This document shows positions 20,438 through 31,058 of a stretch of DNA of 64,000 nucleotides, one piece after another (the stretch's first letter is position 1; every line of letters starts with the position of its first letter). A program made the translations under genes and the position numbers. The notes beneath the pieces are model-generated. The model had not been told where the DNA came from, did not search any database, and worked only from the letters and a program-made list of their open reading frames with translations. Origin of the DNA: an uncultured Chloroflexia bacterium (lineage in GTDB: Bacteria; Chloroflexota; Limnocylindria; Limnocylindrales; CSP1-4); the NCBI GenBank assembly GCA_963768655.1, contig CAVYIM010000004.1:128001-192000 (forward strand), written 5' to 3'.

Positions 20438-20618
20438 CACCAATCTCTGCGCGCCCGGACGGGTCGGGAGCGGCCGAGACGGCCGAATCTCGCCCCTTCG
20501 GCCGCGGTCGCAATGCGGGACGAGTGTAGCGCGCCGCCGGCTGCCGGCCCCGACCAGTTGACGAATGTCAGGATGTGTCGCATTCGGGAGGCTACACAAG
20601 GTCTTGGAGGTTCCAGCT

Positions 20619-22070
20619 TCAGAATCGAGACCGGTGGGCCACGACCGCCGCCGAGGCGAGATGGCGGACGCTCCGATGCAGGGCGATCGTCTCGACGTCC
20701 CGCGCAACCGCCGGCAGCAGCGTTCCGTCGGCCGTCGCCCATCTGGCCGCCACGTCCACCGGGGCTTCGTGACGCAACACTGCAGCGGCCTGGACGGCGG
20801 CGCCCATGCCGACGACCTCCCGGACGTGGGGAACGGCGATCGGTCTGCCGGACAGTCGCTGGGCGACGAGCTGCCACGTGTCGCCACGTGCGCCACCGCC
20901 GACCAGCATGAGCGGCGCCTCCGGATCCACGCCCGATGAGCAGGCGTCGATGGCCTCCAGGGCGTCGAGCAACCCGACGATCGCCCCTTCGTAGGCGGCC
21001 ATCAGAATGGCCCGCGGGTCGGTCGTATGGCGAAGTCCGAGGACCGCGGCCGAGGCGTCGGGCAGGTTGGGCGTGCGCTCGCCGTCGAAGTAAGGGAGCA
21101 CCACCACGCCGGCGCTCGGTACGACGTTGTCACGGTCGATGTTCAGCCACGCGGCTACGCGGTCGACGGCGAGGGTGCAGTTCAGCGTGCAGGCCAGCGG
21201 GAGGAACCGCCCCGTGGCGTCGGCGAAGCCGGCCACGTCACCGGTGGGATCGGCGGCGCGAGTCTCCGACACGAGGAACACCGTGCCCGACGTGCCGAGG
21301 CTCAGTACCGGGACGCCGGGCCGAAGTCCGAGGCCGAGAGCCGCGCCCATATTGTCCCCGGTGCCCGGGCCGACTGCCGCTCCCGCCGGCAGGCCCAATT
21401 CCGCGGCCGCGGCGGCCGTCACTACCCCGGCCTGCTCCGTGGGCCCCAGGACGCGCGCCAGTCGATCCTCCGTCAGCCCGAGAGCCGGGAGAGCGAGGAC
21501 CTCGGGGCTGTAGCGGCCCGTCTCAGTCGACCACCAGGCCGTTCCGGAGGCGTCGCCGCGATCGGTGACGCCCGCACCGCAGAGCCTCTCGGTCAGGAAG
21601 TCGTGCGGCAGCCGGATCGCCGCGGTCCGTTCGGCGATCGCGGGCTCGCGCCGCCGCAGCCAGGCCCACTTCGAGGCGGTGAACGAAGCCACTGGAACCA
21701 CGCCCACCCTGGCCGCCCAGTGAGTGGGGCCACCGAAAGCTTCGACAAGCGCCGCCGCGTCCGGGGCAGCACGCGTGTCGTTCCACAACATCGCCGGGCG
21801 GAGGGGCTTGCCGGTCTCGTCCAGGCAGACCAGGCCGTGCTGCTGACCGGCCACCGAGATGGCCGCGACCTCGCCGGCGAGGTTCGTCTGGTGCAGCGCG
21901 GACAGGAGAGCCTGCCACCACACGTCAGGATGCGTCTCGCGGACGCCCTCGCTGCCCTCGACCGAATGCTCGGCCCGCCCGAACCCGACGGTCTCGCCCG
22001 TGTCGACATCAACGACTACCACCTTCGTTGCCTGCGTTGAGCAGTCGACCCCGGCAACTAAAGTCCTCAT
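20619..22070 (-). CDS. xylB: Xylulokinase
   Basis: GVDCSTQATK, GQQHG, LWNDTR, TGDN, SLGTSGT and PYFDGERTP motifs; follows xylA. Confidence 0.92.
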   Translation of the reverse strand: MRTLVAGVDCSTQATKVVVVDVDTGETVGFGRAEHSVEGSEGVRETHPDVWWQALLSALHQTNLAGEVAAISVAGQQHGLVCLDETGKPLRPAMLWNDTRAAPDAAALVEAFGGPTHWAARVGVVPVASFTASKWAWLRRREPAIAERTAAIRLPHDFLTERLCGAGVTDRGDASGTAWWSTETGRYSPEVLALPALGLTEDRLARVLGPTEQAGVVTAAAAAELGLPAGAAVGPGTGDNMGAALGLGLRPGVPVLSLGTSGTVFLVSETRAADPTGDVAGFADATGRFLPLACTLNCTLAVDRVAAWLNIDRDNVVPSAGVVVLPYFDGERTPNLPDASAAVLGLRHTTDPRAILMAAYEGAIVGLLDALEAIDACSSGVDPEAPLMLVGGGARGDTWQLVAQRLSGRPIAVPHVREVVGMGAAVQAAAVLRHEAPVDVAARWATADGTLLPAVARDVETIALHRSVRHLASAAVVAHRSRF

Positions 22071-22121
22071 TGGCGTCTCCTCGCTGCTCGCGACGTCCGG
22101 CGTGTTGCTGTGGCCACCTGC

Positions 22122-23477
22122 CTACGTGTCGGTCCGGGCCCGGCGTTCCGCCGCCCAGATCTGCTGGTTCACCAGGTTCTCGAGCAGCTCCTGCCTGCCC
22201 GACACCGGCCTGGGGTCGATCTCGCCCGCGCTTACCCGGCGCTCGAGATCTTCGAGGCTGATGCCGCCCGACAGGATCGATGTCCCGAGCTCGCCGGCCC
22301 AGCCGGCGTAGCGCTCCTCGCGCAGGCGTTCGAGCGTCCCGTGCTCGACCATCGCCCCCGCCACGAGCAGGGCCTGGGCCAGCGTGTCGATGCCGCCGAT
22401 GTGGCCGTGGAAGAGGTCGGTCCGGGCCATGCTCTGGCGGCGCAGCTTGGCGTCGAAGTTGAAGCCGCCCGTGGTCAGGCCCCCGCCACGGAGGATCTCG
22501 TACATCGCCAAAGAGAGCTCGTCGACGGAGTTGGGGAACTGGTCGGTGTCCCAACCGTTCTGGTAGTCGCCGCGATTGGCGTCGATGCTGCCCAGCATGC
22601 CGTTCGCGACGGCGTAGGCGATCTCATGGTGGAAGCTGTGGCCGGAGAGCGTGGCGTGGTTCGCCTCGATGTTCAAGCGGAATTCGTCGGCCAGGCCGTG
22701 GCGGACCAGGAACCCGTGGACGATCGCGGCGTCGTGGTCGTACTGGTGCTTGGCCGGCTCGTGGGGCTTGGGCTCGATGAGGAGCGTGCCGGCGAAGCCG
22801 ATCCTGTGCTTGTGCTCGGCGACCAGGCCGAGGAAACGGGCCAGCTGCGTTTGCTCGCGGGCGAGGTCCGTGTTGAGCAGCGTGTCGTAGCCCTCGCGCC
22901 CGCCCCACAGGACATAGTTGGCGCCGCCGAGCCGCTTCGTCGCCTCGAGCACGAGCTTCACTTGCGCCGCGGCGCAGGCGAAGACCTCGGGATCTGGGTT
23001 GGTGGCGGCGCCGGCCGCGTACCGCGGGTGTCCGAACAGGTTGGCGGTGCCCCACAGCAGCTTCACACCGGTCCGGGCCATCTGCCCTGCGGCGTAGTCG
23101 ACCATCGCCTCGAGGTAGGCCTTCGTTTCGGCGGCCGTCGCGCCCTCGAGGGCGATGTCGCGGTCGTGGAAGCAGTAGAACGGGACACCCAGCTTGGCGA
23201 TGAACTCGAACGCGGCATCGAGCTTGGCCCGCCCGGCGGCCAGCGGATCCAGCCCAGGCTCCAGCCAGGGCCGGTCGAACGTGCCGGAGCCGAACATGTC
23301 TGCGCCGGGAGAGGCGAATGAATGCCACAGGCAGACGGCGATCCGGAGGTGGTCTTCCATGCGCTTGCCGAGCACGAGCCGATCGGGCTCGTAGACCTTG
23401 TACGTCAGCGGCTCGCTCGACTCGAGGCCGCCGAAAGGGATGCGCCCCGCCACCTCCGAGAAGAAGTCCTGAGTCAC
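22122..23477 (-). CDS. xylA: Xylose isomerase (class II)
   Basis: FHDRD, WGTANLF, WGGREGY, IEPKP.EP.KHQYD, NIEANHA, GWDTDQF and NFDAK motifs; GGAGG RBS before GTG 23477. Confidence 0.95.
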   Translation of the reverse strand: MTQDFFSEVAGRIPFGGLESSEPLTYKVYEPDRLVLGKRMEDHLRIAVCLWHSFASPGADMFGSGTFDRPWLEPGLDPLAAGRAKLDAAFEFIAKLGVPFYCFHDRDIALEGATAAETKAYLEAMVDYAAGQMARTGVKLLWGTANLFGHPRYAAGAATNPDPEVFACAAAQVKLVLEATKRLGGANYVLWGGREGYDTLLNTDLAREQTQLARFLGLVAEHKHRIGFAGTLLIEPKPHEPAKHQYDHDAAIVHGFLVRHGLADEFRLNIEANHATLSGHSFHHEIAYAVANGMLGSIDANRGDYQNGWDTDQFPNSVDELSLAMYEILRGGGLTTGGFNFDAKLRRQSMARTDLFHGHIGGIDTLAQALLVAGAMVEHGTLERLREERYAGWAGELGTSILSGGISLEDLERRVSAGEIDPRPVSGRQELLENLVNQQIWAAERRARTDT

Positions 23478-23539
23478 GGTCTGTCCTCCATGCGCCTGGC
23501 CCTTGTCTTCGCGCCGGTGGACCGGAGTGCCGCCGGGGG

Positions 23540-23643
23540 CGAAGCGCTCGACTTGCAGTTTGGACCTTGACACGGCCATACGTGCCGCGCTAACTTGCCC
23601 GTCGAAGCGCTTCGACTATACGTTTCGACTACGCGCTTCGATG
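23540..23643. promoter_or_regulatory. LacI-type operators in the xylA/LacI divergent region
   Basis: Perfect palindrome GTCGAAGCGCTTCGAC at 23601-23616, degenerate copies at about 23540-23551 and 23630-23642; TTGACA at 23567. Confidence 0.75.
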
Positions 23644-23689
23644 CAAGATGTTACTCCCCGCGTGGATGGCAACTCGACCGGAGTAACGG

Positions 23690-24748
23690 ATGTCGGCGCC
23701 GACGATGCAAGAGGTGGCCAAAAGGGCGAACGTCGCCTTGAGCACCGTTTCCTATGCACTGAACGGCACCCGGCCGGTCTCCGAGGAGACCCGTCAGCGG
23801 ATCTGGCAGGCCATGGCTGAACTCGGCTACCAGCCGCATGCTCTCGCGAGAGGCCTGGCGAGCAAGCGGAGCCACATCATCGCCCTGCTGTTCCCGGCCC
23901 TGCCGCGTGGCTTTGGGGCCACCGAGCTCGAGTTCGTCACCGGGGCGGCTGAAGCCGCCCAGAGCCACGGCTACCACCTGGTCCTCTGGCCGACCGAGAT
24001 CCACGCCGTCAGCGAGTTGCAGCAGCTCATCCGCCAGAGCCTCGTCGACGGTGTCCTGGTGATGGAGGTCCGTCTGAAGGATGAGAGGATCGAGCTGCTT
24101 CAGCAGATCGGCGTCCCGTTCAGCATGATCGGACGGCCATCCACGGCCTCCGACATGAGCTTCGCCGACATCGATTTCGAGCAGACGACCCGCGATGCCG
24201 TGGCATACCTGGTCCAGCTCGGCCACCGGCAGATCGCCTTCCTCAGCCACTCTCAAGAGCTGTTCGACGCCGGGTACGGTCCCTCCGTTCGGGCGGCCGC
24301 CGGTTTCGAGCAGGCGGCCAGGGCTGCCGGCCTGACGCCGATCAGCCGGTTCTGCGGCGACACCGCGCTGGCCGGGCAGGAGGTGTTCGAGGAGCTCATC
24401 CAGGCCCATCCGGAAGTGACCGCACTGGCCTCGATGAACGAGCGTGCGACGGTCGGCGTAATGCAGGCGGCCGCCTCGCGCGGCTGGAAGATCCCGGACG
24501 ACCTTTCGATCGTGTCTCTCGTTTCGTCGGCGCGGGTCGCCGAGATGACGCTGCCGCCCCTTACGGCTCTGACTCCGCAAAGCGCCGAACTCGGCCGCCT
24601 CGGCGTCGAGACGCTCATCGGTCAGCTCGAGGAGGACCACAGCGAGCTCGTCCAGCGGCTGCTGCCATGCCGCCTCGTCATTCGTGGCAGCGCCGGTCCA
24701 TCGCCGGACATAACCCGCCGTTCATTGCTCACCGCCAGCACGGACTGA
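23690..24748 (+). CDS. LacI family transcriptional regulator
   Basis: PTMQEVAKRANVALSTVSYALNG HTH, hinge ARGLAS, IPDDLSI and PPLT motifs. Confidence 0.93.
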   Translation: MSAPTMQEVAKRANVALSTVSYALNGTRPVSEETRQRIWQAMAELGYQPHALARGLASKRSHIIALLFPALPRGFGATELEFVTGAAEAAQSHGYHLVLWPTEIHAVSELQQLIRQSLVDGVLVMEVRLKDERIELLQQIGVPFSMIGRPSTASDMSFADIDFEQTTRDAVAYLVQLGHRQIAFLSHSQELFDAGYGPSVRAAAGFEQAARAAGLTPISRFCGDTALAGQEVFEELIQAHPEVTALASMNERATVGVMQAAASRGWKIPDDLSIVSLVSSARVAEMTLPPLTALTPQSAELGRLGVETLIGQLEEDHSELVQRLLPCRLVIRGSAGPSPDITRRSLLTASTD

Positions 24749-25072
24749 CGGCAGGTCGAGCGCCGGCCGGCCGTCACGGGCGCCATCCACGAATCGAAAT
24801 GGGCAAGGAGGTGTCGAGGAGGAATGACTGGGAAGGCCCGCCTGGATGGTCCCGCTGTTCACTGCCTATTCCGCCAAGCGAATTGGCCTTCAGGAAACGC
24901 CCCGACTTCAAGGAGGTGAGAACAGGCACAGGGATTGGCCGACGAGCGCCGTCCGCCACCTACTGATGCAGGCGCCGGCGCCGTCACAAGAGGGACAGCA
25001 CAAACACCGTTCTCTCGATCGGGTCCACGCTGATAACTCGTCTAAAGGCCCAATACGGAGGAGTAGGGAAAC

Positions 25073-26482
25073 ATGCCTGACAACGAACGTCCAGTATCGC
25101 GCCGCGAGATCCTCAAGAAGGGAGCACTGGGCGCAGTCGGTCTGACCGTGCTGCCGTCAGTCCTCGCAGCATGCTCTTCCAGCGCCACGCCCAGCCCCGT
25201 GCCCACGCCTGCGCCCACGCCGACGCTCCCCCCGAACGTCACGCCCGGTCCGACGATCGTCCCGACACCAACGGCCCCGAACTACACGGGTCGCACGCTC
25301 ACGATCTGGGACTACAAATCGGCCGACAGCGCAATGGGCCAGTCCTGGGCCGCTGCGATCGACACGTTCAAGGCGACGCACCCTGGCGTCACGGTTACTC
25401 ACGAAGCGAAGGCGTTCGAGGATATCCAGTCGAACGCATCGATGATCCTCAACTCCAACGCCGCGCCGGACGTCATGGAGTACAACAAAGGCAATGCGAC
25501 CGCGGGCCTCCTGTCGACTCAGGGGTTGCTCACGGACCTCACGAGCGTCGCCACGGCCCGGGGCTGGGACAAGATCCTCACCCCGAGCCTGCAGACCACG
25601 TGCAAGTACACCGACAAGGGAATCATGGGTGGTGACAAGTGGTTCGGCGTCACCACCTACGGCGAATACGTGATGGTGTACTACAACCAGGACATGTTCA
25701 CCAAGTACAACATCACGGTCCCGACCACCCTCGCCGATTTCGAGACGGCGATGGACACCTTCGTCAAGGCCGGCATCACGCCGGTCGCCACGGGCGGCGC
25801 CGAGTATCCAGCCCAGCAGGTCTTCTACCAGCTGGTCCTGAGCCAGGCGGATCGCCAGTGGGTCAACGACTATGAGATGTATGCGAACCCGGTCGACTTC
25901 CACGACGCGGCACTGACTTTCGGTGCCAACGAATTCAAGAAGTGGATGACGAACGGGTACATGACCAAGAACGAGGTGTCCCTGACTGCCCAGCAGGCGG
26001 GCGACAGCTTCGAGGCCGGAAAGGCCCCGATCTTCCCCACCGGCAGCTGGTGGTATGGCTCGTTCATCACAGAGATCACCAAGTTCAAGTGGGGCATCTT
26101 CCTCTTCCCGGGCAACAAGCTTGCCCCTGGTTCGAGCGGCAACATCTGGGTCATTCCGACGGGTTCGAAGAATGCGGACCTGGCGGAGGACTTCATCGAC
26201 ATCACTCTGACGACACCGATTCAGAACATCATGGGTCGGGCCGGTGGCCTGCCGGTCAACGCGGATCCGACGGCTATCACCGATCCTGCTCTTCAGGCGT
26301 TCAACCAGAGCTTCCAGACACTCCTGAAGAACGATGGCCTGGCCTACTATCCTGACTGGCCTGTCGCGGGCTTCTACAACGTGCTCGTTTCGAACGTGCA
26401 GAACCTGATGAATGGCCAGGATCCGTCGGCGTTCCTGGACTCAATCGGTAAGGCGTACAACGCCGGCAAGCCGTCCCTCTAG
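25073..26482 (+). CDS. Carbohydrate ABC transporter substrate-binding lipoprotein (Tat signal)
   Basis: SRREILK twin-arginine motif, LAAC lipobox, Pro/Thr linker, APDV and YYNQDMF motifs. Confidence 0.9.
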   Translation: MPDNERPVSRREILKKGALGAVGLTVLPSVLAACSSSATPSPVPTPAPTPTLPPNVTPGPTIVPTPTAPNYTGRTLTIWDYKSADSAMGQSWAAAIDTFKATHPGVTVTHEAKAFEDIQSNASMILNSNAAPDVMEYNKGNATAGLLSTQGLLTDLTSVATARGWDKILTPSLQTTCKYTDKGIMGGDKWFGVTTYGEYVMVYYNQDMFTKYNITVPTTLADFETAMDTFVKAGITPVATGGAEYPAQQVFYQLVLSQADRQWVNDYEMYANPVDFHDAALTFGANEFKKWMTNGYMTKNEVSLTAQQAGDSFEAGKAPIFPTGSWWYGSFITEITKFKWGIFLFPGNKLAPGSSGNIWVIPTGSKNADLAEDFIDITLTTPIQNIMGRAGGLPVNADPTAITDPALQAFNQSFQTLLKNDGLAYYPDWPVAGFYNVLVSNVQNLMNGQDPSAFLDSIGKAYNAGKPSL

Positions 26483-26540
26483 GCCAGGGCGCCAGTCCGC
26501 TAGTGCGGCTTCAACTGGTTGCTCGGTAAGTCGATGGGCT

Positions 26541-26590
26541 GAGCGCCGCCGGACCGCCGGACCTCACTCCGGCTGGTCCCGGCGGCGCTC
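26541..26590 (+). terminator. Strong GC stem-loop after the substrate-binding protein gene (mRNA stabiliser or attenuator)
   Basis: GAGCGCCGCCGG...GCCGGA-loop-TCCGGC...CCGGCGGCGCTC; no U tract. Confidence 0.55.
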
Positions 26591-26699
26591 GCCGAACCCT
26601 CTAGAATCGGTCGCCAGCTGCCGCGCCTGCGGGTCAAGCGGGGCACGTCCGTGCCAGGACGAAGCGAACCCGGCCATGGGGCGAAAGGAGAGCAATGGC

Positions 26700-27602
26700 A
26701 TGAGTCGGCGGTCCTCCCTGGACGGTGGCTATGCGATCTTCATGCTGCCGGGATTGGTCGCCTTCCTGGTCGTGATGGTTGGCCCCTTCCTGGCCACGAT
26801 TGCCGTCAGCTTCACGACATGGAACGGCGTGCAAGTACCGAAATGGACCGGCGTAGACAACTACGTCAACTTGCTCAGCGACCCGTACTTCGTGGCATCG
26901 TTCCAGAACACCTTCGTTCTGCTCCTGGCCATGGTCGTCATACCGACGATCTTGGGCTTGCTCCTGGCCGGTCTGCTCTACAGCTTCGTCGGCCGCAGGT
27001 TTGGTCCGAGAACCGCCAGCTTCTTTCGTGCAGGCTTCTATCTCCCGCAGGTGATGCCCGTCGCGGTCGCCGGCGTCGTGTGGGGCTGGATACTCACTCC
27101 CGACGGGGCCTTGAACTCGATCCTCCAGTCCGCAGGCCTCGGCGTCCTGGCCCAGAATTGGCTCGGCAACCCGGACATCGCTCTCTTCTCGGTGATGGGA
27201 ATGATGGTGTGGTTCCAGATCGGGTTCCCGCTGGTCATCTTCTTCACCGCACTTCAGCGAATGGATCAGACGATCATTGAGGCAGCGGCACTCGACGGAG
27301 CTTCTGGCTGGCAAACATTCATACACGTGACGATCCACCAGATACGACCGGAGATATTCGTGGTTGTCCTGATGACGACCATTGCCACGTTCAAGGTATT
27401 CGCCCAGGTCTTTGTCCTGACAAGAGGTGGGCCTGGCACGGCCACCTACGTGCCGTCGTACTACACGTACTTGAACTTCTTCCAGAAGGACCAGGTCGGG
27501 CTTGGGTCGGCCGTAGCCACGATCGTGACCGTGGTCGTTCTCGTCGTTGCCGCAGTATTCATCAACTTCCAGGCGAGACGTGACCTTGCGAAGGAGTCCT
27601 AG
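26700..27602 (+). CDS. Carbohydrate ABC transporter permease
   Basis: EAAALDGA motif, TRGGPG; AAAGGAG RBS. Confidence 0.92.
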   Translation: MSRRSSLDGGYAIFMLPGLVAFLVVMVGPFLATIAVSFTTWNGVQVPKWTGVDNYVNLLSDPYFVASFQNTFVLLLAMVVIPTILGLLLAGLLYSFVGRRFGPRTASFFRAGFYLPQVMPVAVAGVVWGWILTPDGALNSILQSAGLGVLAQNWLGNPDIALFSVMGMMVWFQIGFPLVIFFTALQRMDQTIIEAAALDGASGWQTFIHVTIHQIRPEIFVVVLMTTIATFKVFAQVFVLTRGGPGTATYVPSYYTYLNFFQKDQVGLGSAVATIVTVVVLVVAAVFINFQARRDLAKES

Positions 27603-27603
27603 C

Positions 27604-28509
27604 GTGGCCACGACCAGCGCTGCTGAATCGCGACCGGTACCGGTGGCCAGAGCTCCCCGCCGCCGGATGTCCATGTGGTCACGCGTCCTCGACGTCGTCC
27701 AGGCCTACGGAATCCTCCTCGGGCTTCTTGCACTACTCGTCGTGATGTTCGCGCCGTTCGCCATAATCGCGATCAATGCCGTTAAGACCCCGACGGACCT
27801 CGCTGCAAACGGGCCGTTGTCGTTGCCGCAGAATCCCACCATGGACAACATAGTCACGTTCTGGAACGCGGTGGACTTCGGCGGGGCACTGAGGAACAGC
27901 TTCGTCATCAGCTTGTTGGTGGCGATCTTCGCGACGATCCTGTCTCTGCTGAATGCCTTCGCGCTGGGAATCGGAAACGTGCGGGGCTCCGTGTGGTTGC
28001 TTGTATTCTTCATGCTGGCCAACATACTGCCCAATGAGGCCGTCGTGTATCCGCTGTACTACATGGCAAAGACGGTTGGCCTCTACAACACGCAGCTGGC
28101 TGTTGTCATCATCTTCACGGTGATTCAGAGTGCCTTTGGCACGTACTTCCTGGCGTCAGTCATGCGAGCGTTTCCACGGGAGATCCTGGATGCGGCCAGG
28201 GTCGATGGCTGCGGGAAGCTACAGCTTCTGGTCAGCGTCGTCGTGCCGATCATGCGACCGACCCTGGCGGTGCTGATGGTCTTTGCGTTCATCTGGACGT
28301 GGAATGAGTTCTACCTGCCCATGGTCTTTCTCATTTCCAACTCTCAGTACACGGTGCCGGTGGCAGTGGCCGTGACCCAGGGCCAGCACATGATGAATGA
28401 GAGTCAAGTGGCTGCGTCTGCGTTGTTGGGCGTTCTGCCTTGCGTATTGTTCTTCCTCGTGTTCCAGCGAACGCTGACGAGGGGGATCTACGCAGGGTCC
28501 TACAGGTAG
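27604..28509 (+). CDS. Carbohydrate ABC transporter permease
   Basis: DAARVDGC (EAA loop), WNEF and FQR motifs. Confidence 0.92.
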   Translation: MATTSAAESRPVPVARAPRRRMSMWSRVLDVVQAYGILLGLLALLVVMFAPFAIIAINAVKTPTDLAANGPLSLPQNPTMDNIVTFWNAVDFGGALRNSFVISLLVAIFATILSLLNAFALGIGNVRGSVWLLVFFMLANILPNEAVVYPLYYMAKTVGLYNTQLAVVIIFTVIQSAFGTYFLASVMRAFPREILDAARVDGCGKLQLLVSVVVPIMRPTLAVLMVFAFIWTWNEFYLPMVFLISNSQYTVPVAVAVTQGQHMMNESQVAASALLGVLPCVLFFLVFQRTLTRGIYAGSYR

Positions 28510-28648
28510 GAAGGCAGCCCTTCGAGAACGACAAGAGCCGTGGTCGGCGAGGAGTCTTGCAGGTTCGCTCTGGCCTTGGAGGCCTACCCCTGGGTGGCGT
28601 CCGGTCCGCGGTGGACGTGGATGGCAGGTGTTCGAGAAGCGAGGATTC

Positions 28649-31048
28649 ATGAAGTTCAGGGACGGCTACTGGCTGTTGCGTGACGGCGTACGGGCGTACC
28701 ATCCGGCGGTCGTCCACCGCGTCACCGCCGCCGAAGACACGCTGACAGTCTTGGCGCCCGCAGTCGCGCCGCAGGATCGCTCCGAGATGCACGATCTCGT
28801 AGCCCTGACGATTGAGCTGTCGTCCCCCACGGTCAACGTCATCCGCGTTCGTCTGACGCACCATGCCGGCGGGCGAGCCAGTGGGCCCTACTTCCCGATC
28901 TTCCCCGGCCACGCCCCGGACGTCCGAGTTGAGGTCGACGAGTCGGTGGCGAGCCTCCAGTCGGGCCGGCTCGTCGCGCGCATCCATCGAACGGGTCCCT
29001 GGAGCCTGGACTTCGTAGCCGACGGTCGGATTCTCACCAGCAGCGACGCGACGAGCATGGCCGCGATCGAATGGCATGGCCACGACGGGCATGGCCAGGA
29101 CGGCAGGGAGGCGGGGCACTTCATGGCCGACGCTCTCTCGCTCGGCGTGGGCGAGCACGTCTACGGTCTGGGCGAGCGCTTCGGCCCGTTCGTCAAGAAC
29201 GGCCAGTCGATCGACATCTGGAACCGCGATGGCGGCACGGGCTCGGAACAAGCCTACAAGAACGTGCCGTTCTACATGACCGACGCCGGCTACGGCGTCT
29301 TCGTCAACGAGCCGGGAAAGGTCGACTTCGAGGTCGCGACGGAGCGCGTCGACCGGGTCGGCTTCAGCGTCGAGGGCCAATCGCTCGAGTACCTCGTCAT
29401 CTACGGCCCCAGCCCCAAGGAAGTGTTGGAGAGGTTCACCGGCCTAGTGGGCCGGCCGGCCCTGCCCCCGGCCTGGTCGTTCGGGCTGTGGCTGTCGACC
29501 TCGTTCACTACTGATTACGACGAGGCGACTGTGACGAGCCTGGTCGAAGGCATGGCCGAGCGGGACATTCCCCTGAGCGTCTTCCACTTCAATTCGTTCT
29601 GGATGCGCGACTTCCAGTGGGTCGACTTCAGCTGGGACGAGCGGACGTTCCCCGACCCGGCCGGCATGCTCGCCCGGCTCCATGAGCGCGGTCTGCGGAT
29701 CTGCGTCTGGATCAACCCCTACGTCGCCCAGGCTTCGCCACTCTTCGCCGAGGCGGCCGCGGCCGGTTACCTGCTCCGCCGCCCAAACGGCGACATCTGG
29801 CAGAGCGACCAGTGGCAGCCGGGCATGGGCATCGTGGACTTCACCAACCCCGACGTCCGAGCCTGGTACCGCTCGAAACTCGCCGCTCTGCTCGACCAGG
29901 GCGTCGACTGCTTCAAGACCGATTTCGGAGAGCGCATTCCGACCGACGTCGTCTGGCACGATGGTTCAGACCCGGAGCGGATGCACAACTTCTATCCGTA
30001 CCTGTACAACGAGACGGTCTTCGAGTTGCTCCGCGAGCGCCGCGGCCGCGGCGAGGCGGTTGTCTTCGCCCGCTCGGCGACGGCCTGCAGCTGGCTGTTC
30101 CCGGTCCACTGGGGCGGCGACTGCGAGAGCACATTCCTGTCCATGGCCGATACCCTGCGCGGCGGGCTGTCTCTCGGCCTGTCCGGCTTCGGCTTCTGGA
30201 GCCACGACATCGGCGGTTTCGAAGGTACGCCCCCGGCGGCTGTCTACCAGCGCTGGGCCCAGTTCGGTCTGTTGAGCTCGCACAGCCGGCTCCACGGCAG
30301 CAATTCCTACCGCGTTCCGTGGCTGGTCGACCATCAGTCCGTCGAGGTGGTAAGGGCCTTCGCACGCCTCAAATGCCGCCTCATGCCTTACCTGTATCAG
30401 GCGGCCGTGGAGACTTCGCGGGGAGGCGTGCCGATGATGCGCGCCATGTTGCTGGAGTTCCCCGACGACCCGACAGCTGCCTTTCTCGACCGCCAGTACA
30501 TGCTCGGGGAGTCGCTGCTGGTGGCGCCGATCTTTGCCGCGGACGGCCAGGTCACCTACTACGTCCCGGCAGGGCGCTGGACGAACCTCGTCAGCGGCGC
30601 CACGCTGCGGGGGCCGGGTTGGATCAAGGAGCGCCACGATTTCTCTGGCATGCCTCTCCTGGTCCGGCCCGGGTCGGTGATCGCCATGGGCGCCCGGAGC
30701 GACAGGGCCGACTATGATTTCGCGGACGGCGTGACTCTCCGCGCATACGAACTGGCGGAGGCGGTGAAGGTGACCGTCGCGGTGCCCGAGGTGCACGGCG
30801 GCGCCGACTCCGCCTTCGAAGTGACCCGGGCCGCCGGGGCCGTCCTCGCGGTGCGGGTTCGGGGGTCCAAGTCGTGGCGGTTCTTGCTGGCCAACGAGAC
30901 GTCCGTTGGGGAGGTCACGGGCGGCTCCGTCGAGAGCACGCCTGAAGGGATACTCGTCACAGCCGCCGCCGACTCGGATCGAATCGAGATCGAGCTGCCT
31001 CACGATCGGTCACAGTCGGGGGGCGGCCACTCAACTGGCGAAAGGTGA
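28649..31048 (+). CDS. yicI: Alpha-xylosidase, GH31 (copy 1)
   Basis: MKFRDGYW, YGLGERF, YKNVPF, KTDFGERIP (nucleophile), WGGDC (acid/base), WSHDIGGF. Confidence 0.9.
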   Translation: MKFRDGYWLLRDGVRAYHPAVVHRVTAAEDTLTVLAPAVAPQDRSEMHDLVALTIELSSPTVNVIRVRLTHHAGGRASGPYFPIFPGHAPDVRVEVDESVASLQSGRLVARIHRTGPWSLDFVADGRILTSSDATSMAAIEWHGHDGHGQDGREAGHFMADALSLGVGEHVYGLGERFGPFVKNGQSIDIWNRDGGTGSEQAYKNVPFYMTDAGYGVFVNEPGKVDFEVATERVDRVGFSVEGQSLEYLVIYGPSPKEVLERFTGLVGRPALPPAWSFGLWLSTSFTTDYDEATVTSLVEGMAERDIPLSVFHFNSFWMRDFQWVDFSWDERTFPDPAGMLARLHERGLRICVWINPYVAQASPLFAEAAAAGYLLRRPNGDIWQSDQWQPGMGIVDFTNPDVRAWYRSKLAALLDQGVDCFKTDFGERIPTDVVWHDGSDPERMHNFYPYLYNETVFELLRERRGRGEAVVFARSATACSWLFPVHWGGDCESTFLSMADTLRGGLSLGLSGFGFWSHDIGGFEGTPPAAVYQRWAQFGLLSSHSRLHGSNSYRVPWLVDHQSVEVVRAFARLKCRLMPYLYQAAVETSRGGVPMMRAMLLEFPDDPTAAFLDRQYMLGESLLVAPIFAADGQVTYYVPAGRWTNLVSGATLRGPGWIKERHDFSGMPLLVRPGSVIAMGARSDRADYDFADGVTLRAYELAEAVKVTVAVPEVHGGADSAFEVTRAAGAVLAVRVRGSKSWRFLLANETSVGEVTGGSVESTPEGILVTAAADSDRIEIELPHDRSQSGGGHSTGER

Positions 31049-31058
31049 GCAACCGGCC

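Noticed and set aside
18164-20896. 910-aa version of the hybrid kinase overlapping xylB
   Set aside because: The first 150 or so residues overlap the xylB 3' end in another frame and look non-coding; the remaining architecture is common
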